A DNA stretch of 64,000 nt, taken from assembly GCA_964016885.1 (NCBI GenBank), contig OZ024742.1, positions 132,990,001 to 133,054,000 of the forward strand. The letters are read 5' to 3'. The first letter of the stretch is position 1; the number at the start of each line of letters is the position of its first letter. The notes under the pieces were generated by a model. It was given only the letters and a program-made list of their open reading frames with translations, ran no database searches and was not told the DNA's origin. Below are positions 53,604-64,000 of the stretch, one piece after another. The stretch is from Eledone cirrhosa (Eukaryota). The position numbers and the translations under genes were made by a program.

Positions 53604-53661
53604 ATACTATGATCATTTCAATGACCGGGTTCCGTATGAATCCGGTGATATCATCAGGTAT
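53604..53661 (-). ncRNA. Type I hammerhead ribozyme in a fold-back element (53410-53830)
   Basis: ATAC-CTGATGA-tatcACCGGaTTC atacg GAAcCCGGTcatt-GAAA-TGATCA-TA-GTAT; 53549-53615 inverted at 53764-53830. Confidence 0.85.
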
Positions 53662-53823
53662 TCGAAATATAATACGTGAATGTAATAGGTAAAATCAATG
53701 GGGCTGAAAATCGAGACACGAGGGCGACCGCTATTCTGTTCCTTCAACCTCAGCCGGTCGCCCTGATCATAGTATAATAAACCTTTCAAGGATTTACACA
53801 AATCCAGCCTCCTGTCATTTTAT

Positions 53824-53876
<53 letters not shown>

Positions 53877-53894
53877 TGTATGTATGTATATAAG

Positions 53895-54031
53895 TTCGGA
53901 TCTAACTGTCGAAACGACCGGGGCTCAGCCGTCAGGGTCCTGACTCTTTTCATACTACACACTCTACTGCCTTAAGTAGTGAGTTCTGGTGCGTTATGGT
54001 CCCCCTGATATCTTACAGCAACCTCTTTGTT
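53895..54031 (+). mobile_element. PLE-like family L fragment starting in the HHR 3' half
   Basis: GAAACGACCGGGGCTCAGCCGTCAGGGTC...GGTGCGTTATGGTCC. Confidence 0.65.
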
Positions 54032-54147
54032 ATATATGTATATAAGTAGAATTTAAACACCGAAGCGAATGTGTTACCAATTAGTATCGACATATTAATG
54101 CCTGTATTTATTACATGCATTTTTATTGGGCGCCTTTCTGCAATATA

Positions 54148-54290
54148 ATTGTTTCTCCTTTTGGCACAAGGCCAGCAAATAACCAGTGTATTACTGGTAC
54201 TTTATTTTATCGATTCCGTAAGGATGAAAGGCAAAGTTAACCTCGGCGGGATTTCAACTCAGCATTGCAAGGGCCGTAACTCTACCCTGC
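54148..54290 (-). mobile_element. S1 SINE, 5'-truncated
   Basis: Match to S1 consensus. Confidence 0.88.
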
Positions 54291-54640
54291 AATATAATGT
54301 TAGATATATCTATATATGTTTTCCAGAAGACTTTCTACCTGGTCTTATATTTCCCGTGCTGTGCTTTCACCGATGACGAATGTTAAAAAGCGGAAATTGG
54401 TGATATTTGATCTATGAATAGATACCAGAAATTTATTTCTAAATTTCAGACCTCTGCTCGCTCTCCATACTGACATAACACACACACATACACAAACACA
54501 AAAACACATCTTCATACTGATACGAACACACGCATTCACACACACGCACGCACACAAATATATACACTGATTATGGGCTCCGATCTTTTAATAATATACA
54601 TACATATATATATATTTATATGTATATATAAATATATATA

Positions 54641-54684
<44 letters not shown>

Positions 54685-55202
54685 GCGCTTAGAAGCGATA
54701 TTCAGACGTACACGCTTGTCTTTCGACGACGCGAGTTTGACAGTTGTTTTCACCCAGTCGTGACAAGGGACTAAATTGCTTTCCAAACCGTAATGAAGAG
54801 ATGGGCTAAAGAAAGTTCAACGAGTGTTACATGTGTGTTTAGTTCTAATTCCTCGCAAGTCGATATTGATTGGTCATTTTATACAAGGAATCTTTGAAAA
54901 GCCACCAGTGAATTTGACACACTCTTAATTTCTCGCTCGAAATCTAATTACAATCTAGTCAACCAAATTGCTTGCTTCAACTCCAAATGTAAACATTAAA
55001 TCTACTTAAACGTTCGATAACCTCAGCCAACGAATGTGCTTTCGTTACGTGCTTATATTGTTTTAACTTAGTTAATTATGCCCAAATGTCTCCCTCCGTT
55101 TCTCTCTCTATGTATCCTTATTTAACATCGCATGTTTATCTCCTTATTCATCTCACACATTATCTATCAATATCTCCAACTCAATCTTTATATATACATA
55201 TC

Positions 55203-55322
<120 letters not shown>

Positions 55323-55720
55323 TATGGTGTGTGTGTGTGTGTGTGTACGTCGATATTTGCGTGTCCATATGCGTGTGTCTGCTTGAGTGTCTAAACCTCC
55401 TAAATCGTGTTGTATCCTACTTCTCTTAATACCCTATCCATCTGCATGCTGATAATTATCCTTCATACTATATTTCCTTTTTTCCCCTCCAATCTCTACA
55501 ATATTTTCTCGTAGTTTCTACATATATTGGTTTTTGATTATTGTTTTACCTTATCTCTTTCATTTATTTTTGTTCTTGTCTGACACTTCATCTTGATTCT
55601 CTATTCGTTTGTGTCGTTCAACAAACCCAGTTAAAAAAAATGAGTCGAACACACAAGAAAAAACACCAAAACAACTTGCAAAAGACACACGTTTACACGT
55701 ACACAAATAAATGCACACTC

Positions 55721-55761
<41 letters not shown>

Positions 55762-55858
55762 AGTGTGAGCATGTTTACAGGCATTTCTTTAGATTTAATA
55801 CTTCTGCGCTCTGAATACCATTAGATTTTCTATTCTTACACTACAAATTGTATTTCAC

Positions 55859-56048
55859 TGGTGGATTGGCAGTATCGGTAGAGGGTCGGACGCCATGCTT
55901 TGAAGCATAGAGTTACCTCCCTTTATGATCTGAGTTCAAATCCCGCTGAGGTTAACTTTGCCTTTCATCATTACAGGGTTGATAAAATAAAGTACCAGTA
56001 ATACACTGGGATAATTGCTGGTCTTGTGCAAAAAGTAGAAACAATTAT
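55859..56048 (+). mobile_element. S1 SINE
   Basis: Full-length match. Confidence 0.92.
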
Positions 56049-56536
56049 TTCTATTTCTTTGCTCCTTCAATCAGCATCATTATATTGATATTATAAATCA
56101 GATTGTTATCTCCAAAATTACACTGTCAATCTATTTCTTCTCTCACTGTTAGAAATCTTTAATATTCTTCTATTTCTCGAAATTCCGCTCTGACAATCGC
56201 ACGTTCATTATGAACCCCCTACATCGCTTTGTTTCTAACTCAATACACCTGTAATGAAGTTCAGCGCAATCACGGTGGCTCAAAATCTAACTTCATATAT
56301 GAAAGAATCAAAGAATTTCTGGCTAATCAAATAAACTAATGTATATAAGGAAAGGACTCGAGCGATTGTTAACCTTTTTCTATGCTTGCTTCAACTATGC
56401 AAATAGTAATATATCCCGTTACGTTTTTTTGCTTTCGTATGACTCTTTCTTGTTCTCTCTTTCGGGATCTCTATCTCTCTCTCTTTCTCTCTCTCTCTAT
56501 CTATCTATGTCTATCTATCTATCTCTTTATCTCTCC

Positions 56537-56601
<65 letters not shown>

Positions 56602-56802
56602 CATCTATCTTTCTATACCTAACTCTCTATCTGTATGTCAGTCACTCTGATTTTGATAATACTTCGGATATAGGAATCAGTATACTTACTAATTAAAGCA
56701 AAAACAATGTAGAATCCCTTGGATATCATTGGCTGACATTGCCATGATCTATTACATTTTGGACCTAGGTTGTGTCGAATCTCTCTCTCTCTCTCTCTCT
56801 CC

Positions 56803-56941
<139 letters not shown>

Positions 56942-57986
56942 CACACATTCTAAAGGGAATTCACCCATTATTGCAAAGAAAACATGACCCTAACTCAGTA
57001 ATGTCACAACGTAATAATTTACTATTCTTTACATGCCTGTTAGATTGAACTAAATAAATGCCGTAGGAAAAACATTCACTATTTACTGAGAGCTTATGAA
57101 ACATAGAACTGTTTCAGATCATAAAAATAGCGGCCGGGCTAGAGATATTAATATTCCTCTGTTAATAATTGATAACAATCTTTCAGAAAATGATAAATAA
57201 ATAACGATGATTTCGATATCAGGTCATATAGATATCAGAGGAAATAAGAAAGCATGTGAATACGTATGATATGGAGCACAAAGGGAAATAATGGACTGCA
57301 TTCTAAATCTATCGCAAGTGAAATTATTCAGCAAAAATATAATTGAATTATCCAGTCTATCAAGGGGATCTGTCAATATTCAAAACATATCAGACACTGA
57401 ACAATGTTAATAACAAATATTATCCTGGCTTCGACTGGGCCACATACCGTTGAATTATATTTTATCACAAACATTCCCCAGAGAATCATGTCTATGTACA
57501 CGTGGAGATTACCTAGAAACACTATAGTAATATTTGTTCCAGCGGTGAAAGCAATCTGATAGACATGACACCATGAAGCTGAACATTAAAAACTTCCAAG
57601 ATTAAAGATACAATACATAGTGAATGATCTACCAATTGCAAACAAAATCTTTCAATATATAGATGCCACGGAATTATACAACCACAGAAACATTAGCCGC
57701 CTTTATGATTCACTTTAAAAAGGTATCTCTGTTTCTTATAGCCTCACGTCGTCTTTCCCATTATTACCTCTTTCCCTTTTTCAATCTTGTCTTTTAACAG
57801 TAAATGGTACTGGATACCATCCCTAGTTTGTCATGAATTACCACCTCTATACGGACGTTTAAATAGATTGAATAAATAAATATATGAATAAGTCAAAGAA
57901 AAACCTGTATTGACATTGTAAATTGTATTCATCTAAATATTTCAAATGGAGGCTTAATCGATGTGATTATTAATATTATTATAGGG

Positions 57987-58435
57987 CAAATCCCGCCGAG
58001 GTTAACTTTGCCTTTCATCCTTACGGGGTCGATAAAATAAAATACCAGTAATGTACTGGTTAATTGCTGGCCTTGTGCCAATAGTAGAAACAATTATTAT
58101 AGGGCATCCTGCCGAGGTTAACTTTGCCTTTCATCCCTACAGAGGTCGATAAAATAAAGTACCAGTAATGTACTGGTTAATTGCTGGCATTGTGCCAAAA
58201 TTAGAAATAATTATATGGCGGGGATTGGTAGGGTCGGTAGAGGTTCGGGTGCATTACTTTGCAACGTAGAGTTACGATCCTTTACTATGTGAGTTCAAAT
58301 CTCGCTGCGGTTAACTTAGCTTTTCATCCTTACGGGTTCGATAAAATAAAGCACCAGTAATGAACTAGCTTCGATTAAATCCTCCCCCCCCCCCAAATTG
58401 CTAGCCTTGTGCCTAACTCAGAAACCATTATTAAT
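57987..58435 (+). mobile_element. S1 SINE trimer (two 3' halves plus one long copy)
   Basis: 57987-58100, 58107-58213, 58216-58435. Confidence 0.88.
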
Positions 58436-58442
58436 AATAGCA

Positions 58443-58476
<34 letters not shown>

Positions 58477-59479
58477 TGCTATCGCTATTATCATAATCAA
58501 CATCATCTAATCCTACTACAAATGCTAGTATTAACAATGGAATCAATGGTAAATTACACATGATATTTGAGTTGGATGGAACGTGCTGTCAGAAAAAGAG
58601 AGAAACAGAGAAGGATAGAGACAGAAAAGAAGGAAAAGCTTCCATATGTGACTATGAGATAGATAGAAATAAAGAATATGAATGGTTATATATCTAAAAG
58701 ACATACGACAAAAAATATTGTTATGAATAAAATTTTACAAACCGATCTACAAAGCAACGAAAAATAACTACTACATCGATTAAGACAGATAGAGATCGAC
58801 AGTAACAGACAAAGTTGAAGAAGGTTAGTGACTAACAGAATGTAGGTGGACAAACATGTAATATAAATAAAGAGAACGCTAGAAAATGAATAGACAGAAA
58901 ATTAGATATACAAACATATAGAGAAATAGCGAGATAGGATAAATAGGGCAGGGAGGAAACAACGCACACTTGAAATGCATTTTGAGAGATCGATCCATAT
59001 AATAAATGACATTGACGGGGGATTTGTCCTGAGACGATTTGACAATCAAGGTGAAGGATTCTACTTTGAAAACCGAAAGGAGATCTGAGATTTGCATTTT
59101 CGATGATCACTAAATTAATCGCCTTAACTTGTTGCTTTAAGAAGACCAATGAAAGCCACTTCCCGATTGAATCACGATCAGTTCCGTACATCATATTTCA
59201 TTTTTATTGCCTTCATAATTCTGTTACATTCATAGTTCACATTTACAGGGTTTATAGAATGACGTAGAAACATAAACCGATGAATAGAGGCTATATTGAT
59301 TTGTGGAAATGTATGGATGAACATCGATTTCGACAATGGAGCTTTTTCGGTCAAGGAAACAGCCAGCTCATGAAATGAATGTGCAAGCGGGGAAGCATGA
59401 CAGAGTGTGTGACAATACAGGATCATTGAATTACTGGTACAGTATACGCTGTGGGCTTCGAAATAATTTCTTTCCATCG

Positions 59480-59700
59480 ATTTCACCGACAAGTGATAGA
59501 TTGTCTGTGAACTTCCTCTTTGCGCCGGTCGCCGTCGAGATCTCAGGTGTACTTGGACCCCGTAAAGTCGAGGGCCTCCACAAGATCGAAACGTCGGTAG
59601 CCCGTCTTAGGATAGAGCCCTGTGAGTTGGAGTGGCTTTTGCAGTGGCTGTCGCTGGCCATCGTCGACGGGAATGATCTTGCAGTTTCATATGCGGGGCA
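59480..59700 (+). pseudogene. CRE-like non-LTR retrotransposon C-terminal restriction-like endonuclease fragment
   Basis: FLFAPVAVEISGVLGP..E.L.KI...VAR....P.E.EWLLQWLSLAIVDGN matches the F.P.A.E..G..G ... QRLS.A..RGN signature. Confidence 0.75.
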
Positions 59701-60413
59701 TAGGCCCTTTACCGCCACGCCCTACGCCGAGAGCAGAATCACCCTCCCCATGTTTCTGTGACACTAGATTCCTTGCCATGCCCTCCCTCTCCAGTTTTGT
59801 TTTCTTTTTCTATTGGAAAGATATTACATTAATGAACAGAACATTGGAGTCTTCTCTGCTACATAACATCTCGTATTCTTTCTTTCTTTTCGGCCCTCAG
59901 TTCCTGCTAAAGATATAAGAAGGCCACCATTCCAGGTTTGATCACAACTAATTTCTCCTAAGTTTAAATAGAGAAAGAAAGCAACAGAAAGAAAATAGAG
60001 TCAGGTACTCAAATGATAGATTGGAGTGGGTTACGCTGAAGTTAATTTGGTAAAAACAATTATAAATTAAGAAGAAACTTTAGTGTGTGCCTGTCATATA
60101 TTTTCCCCAACGAACAATTAGTATATTGTATTTACATAATAACAAATTAGAGAAACGCAGTTTAATTAGATATATATTTCTAGCGAGAAGGCATCTATAT
60201 CATTAAAGATTTCGAGGCATGAAAAATAAATGATGTTATGTTAATGCGGGGCTCCAAATGTTTCTCCCGATCCCGATTACGTATTTCACCTGCGCACATG
60301 GGAAATAATGTACTCTCACACAAGACACACACACATACATACACACACCCACGCACACACACACACACACATACATACACGCACGCACACACACGCATAC
60401 ACACACACACATC

Positions 60414-60444
<31 letters not shown>

Positions 60445-60445
<1 letters not shown>

Positions 60446-60505
60446 CTCTTTTAGTCTTTTACCTGTTCCAGCCATCCGGCTGAGGCCATGCTGGGGCACC
60501 GCTCT
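60445..60505 (+). repeat. Short dispersed repeat head
   Basis: TACTCTTTTAGTCTTTTACCTGTTCCAGCC..GGCCATGCTGGGGCACCGC; diverged relatives at ~31630 and ~52595. Confidence 0.4.
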
Positions 60506-61000
60506 TGTTGCTACAAGTTCTATATGCAGCTTGTATTGGTTAACCATTGGGGTAAGGGGGAGTTCTTTGCTGCTGCTCTTCGATTACATTCGTTCCGTGC
60601 CGAGCGCTCATCTAGGATCCTGGGATAGCAGAGTCTCAAGATGATTCTTGAAAATATCCACGTCCACAATATGCAGATTTCTCAATTCTTGGCAGCCTGT
60701 TGAAGAACCGAGGGCCTTTGAACCCCAAACTTTTGCAATATCTGCTCCTTATACATAGTCGTAAAAACCAGGGAAATTATGTCCGTAGTAAGTAGAGCCC
60801 TCAGTCTAAAGAACGAGTTCGGTATAGAGATAGTTCCACCGCAAATTAGCAAACCATACACGAGTATGCGATTTTAACATGATTTATTTTCAACCTATGA
60901 ATTTATAAGCTTCTCCGAATTATATTCTAAGGGATATTCCTCATTAAGATTTTATGTACATTAGTGTCTAATTTTTAAACATATTATTATAACATTATAT

Positions 61001-61180
61001 GGTGGATTGGCAGCAGCTGTAGAGGGTCGGACGCCATGCTTTGTAGCAAAGAGTTACGGCCCTTTATGGTCTGAGTTTAAATCCCGCCGAGGTTAACTTT
61101 GCATTTCATCATTATGGGGCGATAAAATAAAGTACCACTAGGATCATTGCTGGCCTTGTGCCAAAAGTAGAAATAATTAT
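61001..61180 (+). mobile_element. S1 SINE
   Basis: Full-length match. Confidence 0.9.
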
Positions 61181-61184
61181 ATGT

Positions 61185-62845
<1,661 letters not shown>

Positions 62846-62854
62846 CACACACAC

Positions 62855-63188
<334 letters not shown>

Positions 63189-63189
63189 G

Positions 63190-63440
63190 AAGGCGCATGG
63201 CTTAGTGCTTATAGCATTGGGCTTGCAATTCAAAGATTGTGAGTTCAATTCTCGTACCGGGTGATGTGTTGTTTCCTTGAGCAAGACACTTTATTTGACG
63301 TTGCTCCAGTTTACTCAGCTGTATAAATGAGTACCGGCCTGCCCGCCCAGCCAGTGGGATGGCGTTATATTATGGCTAAAACATCACGACGTGTTGTGAC
63401 CAGCGGCGCAGATTGGCGCCCGACAGACTGGTCGGTCAAG

Positions 63441-63445
<5 letters not shown>
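63190..63445 (+). mobile_element. tRNA-derived SINE family S2 with CORE-like domain
   Basis: TGGCTTAGTG (A-box-like), GAGTTCAATTC (B-box-like), TGTTGTTTCCTTGAGCAAGACACTT, CAGCTGTATAAATGAGTACC. Confidence 0.75.
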
Positions 63446-63479
<34 letters not shown>

Positions 63480-63704
63480 GGTATATTATTGTTATAGGTA
63501 ATCCAGTTAGAGGTTTAAGTACCCTGCGTCGTGGATAATTTTAACGTACTGTTTTGTTTAACTCAACAAGATGTATCCATAGTTAGACAGCGAGTTCGCG
63601 GTAATTCCTACGCAGGTTATACTTGGAGTAATAATAGTGAAAGAATGAAGAGTAACATATTTTGGTATTCTGATGAGTTGGTCAGAGGTAAATAATGTAA
63701 AGCC

Positions 63705-63791
63705 TTACACACGCTGATGAACCGTAGCTAATCATTTCTGTCAACAAGTTAGTTGGTGAAACAGATCCTGTTGGATTTGTACGAGTGTGTT
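63705..63791 (+). ncRNA. Full-size type I hammerhead ribozyme (family K copy 2, element ~63478-63950)
   Basis: ACACACG-CTGATGA-ACCgTAGCTAA..TTAGTTGGT-GAAA-CAGATCC tgtt GGATTTG-TA-CGAGTGT; homologous to 51936-52018. Confidence 0.9.
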
Positions 63792-64000
63792 AGATAGTTA
63801 TCAAGGTACGTATTTGCACTTTCATTTATATTTTTAATTATTGTGTGTCTACTTTGCCTTCCATGGGCTATAGATTCCATACACTGTTCGTTTTTCCCTG
63901 TTTGACTGATGGCCCACTATATCTCTCTCTGATGTGTTATCTTTTCTACAAAGTGAACTTTATATTAAATACGAGACCAGAGCATTAATATCAAAGAACT

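Noticed and set aside
60560-60830. Possible RTE RT fragment on the minus strand
   Set aside because: Too decayed for confident motif assignment by eye
63670-63676. Extra CTGATGA upstream of the family K HHR
   Set aside because: No matching stems/GAAA and not conserved in the 51905 copy

Overview
AT-rich, microsatellite-saturated animal genomic DNA with no recognisable host protein-coding gene. The repeat content (one abundant tRNA-SINE family, (AT)n/(CT)n/(CA)n tracts, L1-Tx1, R4/Dong, RTE) suggests a mollusc, most likely an octopus (inference). Nearly all short ORFs in the supplied track are microsatellite or antisense artefacts. Real coding remnants are: four decayed L1/Tx1-type LINEs, two R4/Dong LINE pieces, RTE pieces, a CRE-like endonuclease tail and Penelope-like (PLE) GIY-YIG endonuclease fragments. 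The main hidden signal is more than 20 type I hammerhead ribozyme (HHR) motifs, read by eye. They belong to about a dozen otherwise unrelated 100-1600 bp non-coding elements that mostly sit in (AT)n tracts as inverted and/or tandem repeats, i.e. PLE pseudo-LTRs and retrozyme-like units with ~305-315 nt and 531 nt monomers. They show recurring non-canonical features (U.U at the base of stem II, very long stem II). A second signal is that the Tx1-like LINEs carry a consensus 5' splice site at the ORF1 stop, and the 3'-complete copy has a consensus 3' splice site in its 3' UTR, so ORF2 could be removed as an intron. All structures were derived manually, without folding software or database searches.
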